Positions 9,873 through 18,941 of a stretch of DNA of 24,990 nucleotides are shown here, piece by piece. The stretch is from Candidatus Cloacimonadota bacterium (GTDB lineage: Bacteria; Cloacimonadota; Cloacimonadia; Cloacimonadales; WRIO01), in the NCBI GenBank assembly GCA_029564175.1, contig JAKQQL010000400.1, positions 1 to 24,990 on the forward strand, read 5' to 3'. Position 1 is the first letter of the stretch. Each line of letters opens with the position of its first letter. A program made the position numbers and the translations under genes. Under the pieces are notes generated by a model, which was given only the letters and a program-made list of their open reading frames with translations, did not search any database and was not told where the DNA came from.

Positions 9873-11452
9873 CCGATAATCAGGCACAAAAGAAACTTCT
9901 CAAAAATACCGGCATCATGTCGGTAGCTGTTTTCTTAAGCAGAATTCTCGGGCTTGTACGAGATCAGGTAATGGCCGCTTTTTTTGGCACATCTTACATC
10001 AATGATGCCTTTAATATTGCCTTTAATATTCCCAATCTACTCAGAAGATTGTTTGGTGAAGGTGCCTTATCAACTGCATTTGTACCCATTTATAATGAAA
10101 TGGGGATTAAAAGAGGGAAGAAGTTTCAACTGCTTTTTGCAATTAATCTGTTGAGTGTTTTGAGTCTTATATTGCTGATTATGAGTGTCATCGGCGTTCT
10201 TGCTGCTCCTTTAATCGTACATTTAGTCTATCCCGGTTTAGAAGTAAAGACTGCTGATTTAGCCGTGAAACTTACTTATATTCTGTTCCCTTATCTGTTT
10301 TTGATTGGTTTATCATCAACTATGATTGCCATTTTGAATTCTCATGATTATTTTTTTATTACCGGTTTATCTTCTGCCTTGTTAAATATTGCCTGGATTG
10401 GTACGCTGTTTGTCGCTGCCTGGTTTACCAAAGATCAGGTCAAACTCGTTTATTATGCAGCTTTTGGGGTCATAGCAGGCGGTATATTACAAACGATCAT
10501 CAATTTGCCTTTTTTAAAGAAGGCAGGTTATCATTTTAAAGTAATTATTCGTTTCAAAACAACTGCGATGTTGATGTTATGGAAGCGATTTGTTCCGGCA
10601 ATGGTGGGCTTGGGTATCAGAGAAGTGAACCTGCTGATGGATGCATTGATAGCCTCATTTCTTCCAGGAGGCAGTATTTCTGCATTGATGTTTGGTAACC
10701 GCTTGATGCAGTTACCTTTAGGGATATTTGGAATATCAGCAGGGACAGCTGTTTTACCTTCATTTTCCAGAAGTCTGATAAATAAAGACTGGAAAGAATT
10801 ATCTGCGACATTACGGTTTTCTATTTTATTTATGTTATATGTTATGCTACCGGTAACTGCTTTAATGGTAGCCGGAGCAAGTGATTTTATCATTTTATTA
10901 TTTAAAAGGGGAGCTTTTGACAGTCGTGCAACGGAAATGACCGTTAAAGCATTGGTATGTTATACATTAGGTTTAAGTTTCTATGGATTGAATCAGACGA
11001 TTACCCCTGTGTTTTATGCCGCAAAAGACACCAAAACCCCTGTCAAAATTGCCGCTGCCATGTGCCTTACCAATATTGTCTTGAATGTAGCACTGATGTT
11101 TCCTTTAAAACATGCAGGGTTGGCACTTGCAACCTCTATATCAGCTATGTTGCAATTTATTATTATGCTTATAATTTTATTAAAACGATTCCCTGAAATC
11201 AGAATCTCAAAGATCAGGATTAACTTGTTGAAAATACTTCTCATTTCCAGTATTCTTTATTTTGCAGTTTTCTTCGTTTCTAAAATATGGATTACTCATG
11301 GTTTTCTTTTGTTACTCATAAAAGTGTGTGTGATGATTGCATTATGGATATTTCTTTTTATTAGTTTAGGTTTTGTTTTTAAACTGGAATACTGGGATAG
11401 TGTCACTCAAAGACTATGCAGCCGATTTCTGAAAAAGTCCGTCAAAAACTAA
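9869..11452 (+). CDS. murJ: lipid II flippase MurJ (MviN)
   Basis: SRILGLVRD, PNLLRRLFGEGALS, RLMQLPLGIFG, DTKTPV and HAGLALATS motifs; ATGA overlap with batE. Confidence 0.96.
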   Translation: MTDNQAQKKLLKNTGIMSVAVFLSRILGLVRDQVMAAFFGTSYINDAFNIAFNIPNLLRRLFGEGALSTAFVPIYNEMGIKRGKKFQLLFAINLLSVLSLILLIMSVIGVLAAPLIVHLVYPGLEVKTADLAVKLTYILFPYLFLIGLSSTMIAILNSHDYFFITGLSSALLNIAWIGTLFVAAWFTKDQVKLVYYAAFGVIAGGILQTIINLPFLKKAGYHFKVIIRFKTTAMLMLWKRFVPAMVGLGIREVNLLMDALIASFLPGGSISALMFGNRLMQLPLGIFGISAGTAVLPSFSRSLINKDWKELSATLRFSILFMLYVMLPVTALMVAGASDFIILLFKRGAFDSRATEMTVKALVCYTLGLSFYGLNQTITPVFYAAKDTKTPVKIAAAMCLTNIVLNVALMFPLKHAGLALATSISAMLQFIIMLIILLKRFPEIRISKIRINLLKILLISSILYFAVFFVSKIWITHGFLLLLIKVCVMIALWIFLFISLGFVFKLEYWDSVTQRLCSRFLKKSVKN

Positions 11453-13407
11453 GTTTACTACCCGAATTACCCGGCGTTTATCTGATGAAGGATAAAGAGG
11501 GTAAGATTATCTATGTGGGTAAAGCACTGGTTTTAAAAAACCGTATCAAAAGCTATTTTTCCGGTCAGTTTAATGATGTAAAAACAGAGAAATTAGTCAG
11601 TAATATTGATGATTTGGAATATATCATTGTCAATACAGAGAGTGAAGCGTTTATTTTAGAATCCAATCTAATCAAGAAATATCAACCTCACTATAATATT
11701 TTGTTAAAAGATGACAAAAAGTACCCTTTCTTAAAAGTAACTTACAATGAAGTGTTTCCCAGAATAATGGTTACCAGAGACATCGTAAAAGATGGTGCAA
11801 AATACTACGGACCTTATACAGACGTAAAGTATCTCAGAAGTACGCTCAGAACACTTGAATGGCTGTTTCCGCACAGAACCTGCGCCAGAAACATCCCTGA
11901 ATCTCCTGTAATTTACAAACGAGCCTGTCTGAACTATCAGATGAAAAAGTGTCCGGCTCCCTGTATTGGTATGATCTCAAAAATCGACTATCGAAGAATC
12001 ATACAGCGTATTAGTAATTTCCTGATTGGAAAAAACCAGGATTTGATCAAAGATTTAACAGATGAAATGTATCAGGCATCAGAAGAGATGCTGTTTGAAA
12101 AAGCAGCAGCATTAAGAGATCAAATCAGGGAGATTGAAAGAATACAAAAATCTCAAACCATGCATTTCCCTGATGAAAAAAACAGAGATATCATCTCAGT
12201 ATATCAGGATGAAAATCTGAGCGCAGTTGCGGTATTGAAGATAATCAGCGGTAAGATGAGCTCAAAAGAAATCTACTCATTTAAAAATACTGAGTTTGAA
12301 GGAAAAAGCAGTCTCATTGCTGCTTTTTTAAGTCAGTATTATGCCCCAAAAACAGATGATCTACCATTCAGAATCATCGTTCAGGAGGCTCCTGATAATT
12401 TGGATGAGTTACAGGAATTTCTCCAGAAAAAGATACTTGTTCCTCAGAGAGGTGAATTTAAACAGTTAATCAAAGTTGCAGAGAAGAATGCCTTTGATTA
12501 TATTGAAAACCAAAAACTTTCTCATCTGAGAAAAAGCAGTCGTACCATATTCCCTGTTCAGGAGCTAAAAGATAAACTAAATTTATATAAATTACCACGT
12601 CGTATGGTTTGTATGGATATTTCTACCATTCAAGGAACAGATACCGTTTCATCTATTGTTTTTTTTGAAAATGGAAAACCTTTAAAAAAGCAGTATAAGC
12701 ACTTTATTATGAAAACCGTTGAAGGTCAGGATGATTTTGCATCTATGGCAGAGACGATGAATCGATATTTGAAGCACTTTTATGATAGTTCTCCAAGCCC
12801 GGAACATGCAGAAAGCGACAAGCAGGATGCTTGTCGTACGACAATTGAAGAGAAACTTAATCTAAACGAGCAGGATGCTCGTTCTACAAATGATTTGAAT
12901 GTCTGTGAAACTTTAAACAAGCAAAATGCTTGTTTTACCACAAAGGATACAAAGGAACAGGACAACTGGTTAAAACCGGATTTAATTGTTATTGATGGTG
13001 GTAAAGGTCAACTCAGTTCAGCCTTAAGAATATTGCAGGAAAATCAGGCCCAGGATATAGAGATCATATCACTGGCAAAAAGAGTTGAAGAAGTCTTTTT
13101 ACCTAATCAGTCTGAATCTATTTTTCTTCCAAGAAATTCTTCAGCTTTGCGTTTACTGATCAATATCAGAGATGAAGCCCATCGATTTGCCATTACTTTT
13201 CACCGAAAGAGACGCAGTACAAGAACACTCAGCAGTCAGCTGGATGAGATTAAAGGGATTGGAACCGAAAAAAAACTCGCTTTACTGAAGCATTTCGGCT
13301 CAGTAGATGCCATTTCTAAAGCTGAAGTCAGTCAGCTTTGTCAGGTGAAAGGGATTGGAGAATCTTTTGCCAAAATTGTATGGGATTTTTTTCATCAGAA
13401 AGTATGA
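11416..13407 (+). CDS. uvrC: excinuclease ABC subunit C with in-frame repeat insertion
   Basis: PGVYLM…IYVGKA GIY-YIG, Cys-rich region, UVR (FEKAAALRDQ), DIST, DDFASM, DLIVIDGGKGQL, RDEAHRFA and HhH motifs. Confidence 0.97.
   Translation: MQPISEKVRQKLSLLPELPGVYLMKDKEGKIIYVGKALVLKNRIKSYFSGQFNDVKTEKLVSNIDDLEYIIVNTESEAFILESNLIKKYQPHYNILLKDDKKYPFLKVTYNEVFPRIMVTRDIVKDGAKYYGPYTDVKYLRSTLRTLEWLFPHRTCARNIPESPVIYKRACLNYQMKKCPAPCIGMISKIDYRRIIQRISNFLIGKNQDLIKDLTDEMYQASEEMLFEKAAALRDQIREIERIQKSQTMHFPDEKNRDIISVYQDENLSAVAVLKIISGKMSSKEIYSFKNTEFEGKSSLIAAFLSQYYAPKTDDLPFRIIVQEAPDNLDELQEFLQKKILVPQRGEFKQLIKVAEKNAFDYIENQKLSHLRKSSRTIFPVQELKDKLNLYKLPRRMVCMDISTIQGTDTVSSIVFFENGKPLKKQYKHFIMKTVEGQDDFASMAETMNRYLKHFYDSSPSPEHAESDKQDACRTTIEEKLNLNEQDARSTNDLNVCETLNKQNACFTTKDTKEQDNWLKPDLIVIDGGKGQLSSALRILQENQAQDIEIISLAKRVEEVFLPNQSESIFLPRNSSALRLLINIRDEAHRFAITFHRKRRSTRTLSSQLDEIKGIGTEKKLALLKHFGSVDAISKAEVSQLCQVKGIGESFAKIVWDFFHQKV
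12816..12938 (-). repeat. three tandem REP-like GTA(G)-hairpin units inside uvrC
   Basis: CGACAAGCA-GGA-TGCTTGTCG-TAC (12816-12839), AACGAGCA-GGA-TGCTCGTT-CTAC (12865-12887) and AAACAAGCA-AAA-TGCTTGTTT-TAC (12915-12938). Each has a perfect 8-9 bp stem with compensatory changes. Confidence 0.85.
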
Positions 13408-13412
13408 CATTT

Positions 13413-14744
13413 TTAAAGTATAAATTTACTGGCAAGGGTGAAATAGATAATCAGCGAGGTTGCATCAACAAGTGTGGAAATCAAGGGACTTGCCAGAATA
13501 GCAGGGTCAATGCCCACTTTTTTAGCCAGTAAAGGCAGGCTTGAGCCAATGATTTTTGCCATCATAATGGTAAAAAATAAACTGATGCTTACGATTGCAG
13601 CCACTTTATAAACGGTATGATCGATAATAATAATCCTGATAAAATTAGCCAATGCTAATGCCAGACCTACAATAAAGCTGACCTGGAACTCCTTAAAAAG
13701 GACTTTGAATAGATCAGGGAATTCTACTTCTCCAAGTGCGATACTACGAATGATTAAGGTTGAAGATTGAGAACCGGCATTTCCTCCCGTACCCATGAGC
13801 ATAGGGATGTAGCTAGTCAGAATTACCATTGAACTTAAAAGTGCTTCAAAACGTTTGATCACAAGTCCGGTAAATGTAGCGGAAATCATCAGTACAAAGA
13901 GCCATAAAATACGGTTTTTTGCCATAATCAGTGCATTTGTTTTCAGATAGGTGTCTTCGTAAGGTGTCATCGCTGCCATAATCTGAAAATCTTCTGTATT
14001 TTCCTGTTCAATGACGTCAATAATATCATCAACGGTTACGATCCCTACCAGACAATTTTCTTTATCAACTACCGGAATCATGGTAAGGTCATATTTTTTA
14101 AAGAGATCTGCGATTTCTTCCTGATCATCAGATGTAGTCACTTTAATGATGGCAGTTTCCATAATCTCATGAATAAATCTCTCTTCCGGGGCGAGGATGA
14201 GTCTTCTGATGGAGACAATTCCTTCCAGTTTTCTGTTTTGATCAATCACATAACAGTTATTGATGGTTTCTTTATCCACTCCGGTTCGCCGAATATGTTG
14301 AATTGCTTCAGAAACGGTCATGTGTTTTTTAAGATCAACAAACTCAATCGTCATGATTGAGCCTGCAGAATTTTCCTTGTAATTCAGAAATTGATTGAGG
14401 ATTTTGCGGGTTTGTTCATCTGTATTTTTTAAGACTTTTTTAACAACAGATGCCGGCATTTCTTCAAGGAAGTCCACAGTATCATCAATAAACAATTCAT
14501 CAATGATATTGTGAATTTCTTTGTCAGAGATCGATTCAATAATCAGTTGCTGATGTTCTCTACTCAAATAGGCAAATACCTCAGCAGCTTTTTCTTTATT
14601 TAGCAGTCTGAATACGATAAGTACATGCTCCAGATTAATTTCTTCAAACATTTCAGCTATATCGACTACATTTATCGAGTTCATCAAAATCTTTAATTCT
14701 TTATACTGAGTCTTCTGAATCATTTCAGTAATTGTATTTATCAT
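13413..14744 (-). CDS. mgtE: magnesium transporter MgtE
   Basis: MgtE_N domain, SAGSIMTIEF CBS pair, GIVTVDDIIDV, GGNAGSQ, DPAILASPLISTLVD; AGGAGG RBS. Confidence 0.96.
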   Translation of the reverse strand: MINTITEMIQKTQYKELKILMNSINVVDIAEMFEEINLEHVLIVFRLLNKEKAAEVFAYLSREHQQLIIESISDKEIHNIIDELFIDDTVDFLEEMPASVVKKVLKNTDEQTRKILNQFLNYKENSAGSIMTIEFVDLKKHMTVSEAIQHIRRTGVDKETINNCYVIDQNRKLEGIVSIRRLILAPEERFIHEIMETAIIKVTTSDDQEEIADLFKKYDLTMIPVVDKENCLVGIVTVDDIIDVIEQENTEDFQIMAAMTPYEDTYLKTNALIMAKNRILWLFVLMISATFTGLVIKRFEALLSSMVILTSYIPMLMGTGGNAGSQSSTLIIRSIALGEVEFPDLFKVLFKEFQVSFIVGLALALANFIRIIIIDHTVYKVAAIVSISLFFTIMMAKIIGSSLPLLAKKVGIDPAILASPLISTLVDATSLIIYFTLASKFIL

Positions 14745-14761
14745 CAGCCCTCCTTTTAGAA

Positions 14762-14788
14762 AGGCCGGAGTATGATCTACTCCGGCTT
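14762..14788 (-). terminator. GC-rich hairpin between the S41 protease gene and mgtE (terminator-like)
   Basis: GCCGGAGTA (14764-14772) and TACTCCGGC (14778-14786) form a perfect 9-bp stem with a 5-nt loop, followed on the minus strand by CTTTCT. Confidence 0.6.
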
Positions 14789-14797
14789 AATCATTTA

Positions 14798-17700
14798 TTA
14801 TTTTATCAATTTATTTAATTCTTCAATCGCTCTTGCAAGTTGTTTATCATTGTCTTTAATAATATCATCGATCGTATGAGGGATTAAGATATCCGGTTTA
14901 GCACCTGTTCCTTCCATATTGGTATTATCCATGGTGTACCATCCGTTCGAAGGCATTCTCATGGATGATCCATCCATAAAGGATACTGAGCCTGTTCCAA
15001 TTACTGAACCACTGGTTGGCATACCGATAATGGTGCCAAGTTTCATGTGTTTAAAGAGGATGGGAAAGATCTCTGCATCTGAGAAAGAGCCTTCATCGAT
15101 CAGCAGAACAATCGGTTTTTCATAGGTATTAGATGGAAAAGCGACGGGTGTTTCATCTGAATACCTGCTTTGAGTGAAGGCATATTGTTTTTTGGTAAGA
15201 ATTTCAATCAGTTCATCGTGGATATTGCCACCTCCATTGCCTCTGACATCAATAATTAGTGCTTTTGTATAGTAATTTTTGGCAAACAGGTCTTCTTTGA
15301 ATCGTGCCAGGCTTTCTCTGTCCATACTCTTTATGTGTAAGTAGCCGATTTGCCCTTTGCTTGCTTTTTCAACGATTTGACTTCTTTCTGCCACCCAGTT
15401 GTCATAACGCATTCTGTTCTGCTCAGAACCGCTGATGCCTTTTATTTCGACCGGTAAGGTTTCTTTATTTCTTTTGAATGTCATTTTAATTTTTTCACCT
15501 GTTTTGAAATACAGAAGTTTTTCGAGAGAGGTGTTTTCATCAATTTCCATACCATCGATTGAAGTTAAAATATCACCTGATTGGATACCCCATACTTCCG
15601 CTAATGCCGAATTTCGATAGACTTTTGCGACTCTGATGCCTTTTGCCGGTCTGTCTGAAAAATCTGGGATCATACCTGTATAAGCAATCTCTTTGGATGC
15701 TCTGTAGTCATCATTTCGGACATAGAACCCTGTATGAGAGGCATTCACTTCTCCGATCAATTCTTCTACAACTGAGCTAAGCATCCCTGTTGTTATCAAA
15801 TTATCAGAATATGCAGAAAATCTTTGATATAACTTTTCCCAATCCTGGTTATGCATATTCTTATCATAGAAATTATTTCCAAAAGCTGCCCAAACTTGTT
15901 CCATTATGGATTTATTAAGTTTAACACGATCATACTGGTAACGGTGTTTGAAATTGAGCTGATCAGATTTTTTAGAAGATATGGCTAGTTTACTGATGTT
16001 TTTACCACTCAAATAGTAAATAGATTTTTGGTCAGGGCTTAATTCGTAGGCATCTATATCTGCTTTAGGATCAAATACTTCAGAATCTTCCTTGCCATCA
16101 AATTTGACTTTTCTGAGAATTGTTTTACTACGGTTGGCGCTTATATAGTAGAGAACAGAATCTTTGGTGGTAAAGAAGGGGTAAACCCACATTTTATCTT
16201 CCGCTTTGACTATGTTCACAAAGCGATTATCGATATTAGACCAGTCAAAATCGGTATTTCTGGTTTTCACGGGTTTGCTTGATTTGTTTTTCAGGATTTC
16301 ATTCCATTTATCCTGTTCATTTTCAAATTCACTTTTGGGTGTCAGATCCAGTCTGCTGATACCGGAATTAAAGGATAAAAACAAGGCTTTATTATTTTGA
16401 TCCCAAACAATACTGCTGATATAAGCAAGCTGACTGTGAACCAAACGGCTTTCTTTTTTGGCAATATCGATAAAGTAAACATGGCTTGCGCCTGATAGTC
16501 TGTCATAAGTCGTATAAACAGCATATTTTGAATCATTACTGATAGCGTAATGACTGACATGATTTTCAGTGATAAACGGATCAATCTTTGTAAAACTGCT
16601 ATCCATTACAGCAATTCGATTGCGTTTTTCACCCTGATCATAACTGATATAGAGTTTTTTATTAACGATGTCAAGATTGTGGATGCGTTTATCTTTTGAC
16701 CAGTTAATGATTTCAATTTTATCTGTTTGATTGATATTGGTTTTATAGAGTTTCAGATCGCCTTTTAGAAAAGAAGTAAAGAAAATGCTTTCATTATCAT
16801 GTGCTATTTTGATTTGCTCAATACCCGCCTGATTAAAGGTTATCTGTTTAACCGTTCCGCCGGCAGTTGGCACTGCAAAAAGGTCATATTTGTAGGCAAA
16901 AACCAGTAGTTTGCCATTTGGAGATACAGAAAACGCACCTGCTTTATTGTTGTTAACTTCTTCAACAATACGACTGTTCAAAAAGTCTTCTGCAATTTCT
17001 ATTTTTATTTCTTCAGGTTTTTTGCTGTTGGGATCCAGTTTCCATATTTTATTAAAGTATTCAAACACGATCTGGTCCTGATTGGATATGGATAAATCAC
17101 GGGGTGACCAGGTATCAAAGTGAGTGAGCTGAACCGGCTTTGAAAAGTCATTCAGTTTGCTTTTATAAATCTGAAATACCTTTGAGTCTGATGCGCAGAA
17201 ATATACTTCATCTTTATTGATCCGTGAAAAAACCGGATAACGTTCAGTTGTTTCAGTCTGAGTTAACTGAGTATATTTTTTAGATTTGATATCGTAAAGA
17301 AAGAGGTCACCATTATGACTGCCTTTATAAGCTTCGCGGTACGGATCTCCACCTTTGTTAAAGATAATTTTTTGATCATCGGCAGACAGTTCGGCAAATG
17401 AATCTGCAAAATCTGAAACTGCAACAGGGCGTTTTTGGTCATTGATATTGACTTTTACAAAGATTGATTTTTCACCAGGGATATAGATAGATGCCAAAAT
17501 ATGCTGATTGTCATGATACCAGTCATGCAGTGTAAGCCTTTCTGATGATATCGCTCTAGCAAGTCCCCCTTTTGAAGGCATAATATAAATCTGATTAAGA
17601 CCTTCTCTGTCTGAGTTGAAGGCAATCATGCTGCCATCAGGAGAAAATACCGGATTGCTGTCTTTTCCTGATGTACTGGTTAAGCGTTTGGCGATACCGC

Positions 17701-17854
17701 CATTATAAGAAACCATCCATAGATCATCCATATAAGAAAAACAGATTTGTGATCCATCAGGGGAGATCGCCGGATCAATCATAAATTCTGGTTCAAATGC
17801 AAACATCATTCCTATGCTAAGAATGAGCATCAATAACAGTAATAATTTTTTCAT
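14798..17854 (-). CDS. secreted tricorn-type S41 family peptidase (beta-propellers, PDZ, S41)
   Basis: Signal peptide, PD40/TolB repeats (PAISPDG, PVFSPDG), NASHTG, GYLHIKSM, IIDVRGNGGG, GSFSDAEIF catalytic Ser region and EGTGAKPDI. Confidence 0.92.
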   Translation of the reverse strand: MKKLLLLLMLILSIGMMFAFEPEFMIDPAISPDGSQICFSYMDDLWMVSYNGGIAKRLTSTSGKDSNPVFSPDGSMIAFNSDREGLNQIYIMPSKGGLARAISSERLTLHDWYHDNQHILASIYIPGEKSIFVKVNINDQKRPVAVSDFADSFAELSADDQKIIFNKGGDPYREAYKGSHNGDLFLYDIKSKKYTQLTQTETTERYPVFSRINKDEVYFCASDSKVFQIYKSKLNDFSKPVQLTHFDTWSPRDLSISNQDQIVFEYFNKIWKLDPNSKKPEEIKIEIAEDFLNSRIVEEVNNNKAGAFSVSPNGKLLVFAYKYDLFAVPTAGGTVKQITFNQAGIEQIKIAHDNESIFFTSFLKGDLKLYKTNINQTDKIEIINWSKDKRIHNLDIVNKKLYISYDQGEKRNRIAVMDSSFTKIDPFITENHVSHYAISNDSKYAVYTTYDRLSGASHVYFIDIAKKESRLVHSQLAYISSIVWDQNNKALFLSFNSGISRLDLTPKSEFENEQDKWNEILKNKSSKPVKTRNTDFDWSNIDNRFVNIVKAEDKMWVYPFFTTKDSVLYYISANRSKTILRKVKFDGKEDSEVFDPKADIDAYELSPDQKSIYYLSGKNISKLAISSKKSDQLNFKHRYQYDRVKLNKSIMEQVWAAFGNNFYDKNMHNQDWEKLYQRFSAYSDNLITTGMLSSVVEELIGEVNASHTGFYVRNDDYRASKEIAYTGMIPDFSDRPAKGIRVAKVYRNSALAEVWGIQSGDILTSIDGMEIDENTSLEKLLYFKTGEKIKMTFKRNKETLPVEIKGISGSEQNRMRYDNWVAERSQIVEKASKGQIGYLHIKSMDRESLARFKEDLFAKNYYTKALIIDVRGNGGGNIHDELIEILTKKQYAFTQSRYSDETPVAFPSNTYEKPIVLLIDEGSFSDAEIFPILFKHMKLGTIIGMPTSGSVIGTGSVSFMDGSSMRMPSNGWYTMDNTNMEGTGAKPDILIPHTIDDIIKDNDKQLARAIEELNKLIK

Positions 17855-17973
17855 GATCTACCTCTTATCTTGTTTTTTAAACGAATATTCTATTAAAGCA
17901 TGTTTGTCAACTCATAATTATGTTAGTTTTGAGGATAGATATAGAAATATCTCAATATGAGAAAATAAAAGAA

Positions 17974-18024
17974 CTCCCTGAAGTATTTTAGTTTAAGAAA
18001 TTTCCTTAATTATATCTCAGGGAG
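17974..18024 (-). terminator. probable intrinsic terminator after the P-loop NTPase gene
   Basis: CTCCCTGA (17974-17981) pairs with TCAGGGAG (18017-18024), with inner TTAAG…CTTAA pairing, followed on the minus strand by TTCTTTTATTTT. Confidence 0.5.
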
Positions 18025-18135
18025 AGTGTAAGTGTAATTAAAAATGATTTTGAGAACATTTTTAATCAATCATTGTTTCTTCAATTCATTGTCAGTTTAA
18101 GCTGAATTTTAAGAAGAAAAAGAGTATCTGTTTTT

Positions 18136-18822
18136 TTAAATCCCTTTCATGATTAGTTGTTCCCATGGTTTTGAAAGGAAGTAGTTTAAAGTAATTTTCT
18201 TTTTGTTTTTATGAAGTTCAGGTACCAGATGATCGTGTTTATCCAGAACCAGAAAATGTTCAAATTTTAAATCTAATTCGTTTGCAACCTCCTGTACAAT
18301 ATCAATTCCATTGCTGATGACTTCTTCAGTTGTAAACTCCATGAGATTAGTATTAGAAATAAGTTCAGTGACATTGAGTTTAGAAGTAAATTCCAACATA
18401 TTTTTCATTTCAATGATTTCTTCTTTAGTTTGAGTGAAAGGTCTTTTGGTATTGATGACCAGTCTTATTTCGTATCCTCTGTCCAGAATCTCTGTATGAA
18501 AACGACCAAGCGTACGACACCCAGCAGGGTCTCCTCCAACATCCAGAATGACAGCTTTTTGTGTGTTTTGAATTGCACCCTTGATTTTTGGGGAGATCAT
18601 TGGCAGGTCAGCATGACTAAAATGACCTTCTGGTGCAATTACTTCAATGCCAATTTTAGCAAATTCATCACGTACATCACGACTTCTAAAGTATGGATTA
18701 ACAACATCCAAATCTACCAGTACAGTTTCATTTTCAGATTGATGCAATTGATTAGCAAGATTGATTGAATATTCACTCTTGCCACTGCCATAAGCACCAA
18801 TTACTATGATTAAAGGATTCAT
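18136..18822 (-). CDS. P-loop NTPase, CobQ/CobB/MinD/ParA-like uncharacterised family
   Basis: GAYGSGKSE Walker A, DLDVVNPYFRSR, ILDVGGD and VINTKRPFT. The ATG at 18822 follows a GGAG RBS and is preferred to TTG at 18834. Confidence 0.8.
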   Translation of the reverse strand: MNPLIIVIGAYGSGKSEYSINLANQLHQSENETVLVDLDVVNPYFRSRDVRDEFAKIGIEVIAPEGHFSHADLPMISPKIKGAIQNTQKAVILDVGGDPAGCRTLGRFHTEILDRGYEIRLVINTKRPFTQTKEEIIEMKNMLEFTSKLNVTELISNTNLMEFTTEEVISNGIDIVQEVANELDLKFEHFLVLDKHDHLVPELHKNKKKITLNYFLSKPWEQLIMKGI

Positions 18823-18941
18823 TTTATACTCCAATTATTTTCTTTTTTTATAATGTAATGCAATACCTTGAAATGTCCAAATCATTTCAGAGAACTAGAC
18901 TCTTTTGACTCTATGTTTAGAGAAGAATTTAGGTAGAAAAA

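Noticed and set aside
12816..12938. Repeat-spacer pattern read as a mini CRISPR array
   Set aside because: Only three units of about 23 nt, whose sequences vary while pairing is kept. They lie in frame within uvrC with no cas genes or leader, which fits REP-like elements better.
12775..12975. UvrC insert read as an intein or intron
   Set aside because: Too short for a mini-intein, with no His-Asn-Cys/Ser/Thr splice junction and no group I/II intron features.
14745..14797. M-box (ykoK) riboswitch upstream of mgtE
   Set aside because: The intergenic space is 53 nt, far shorter than an M-box aptamer.
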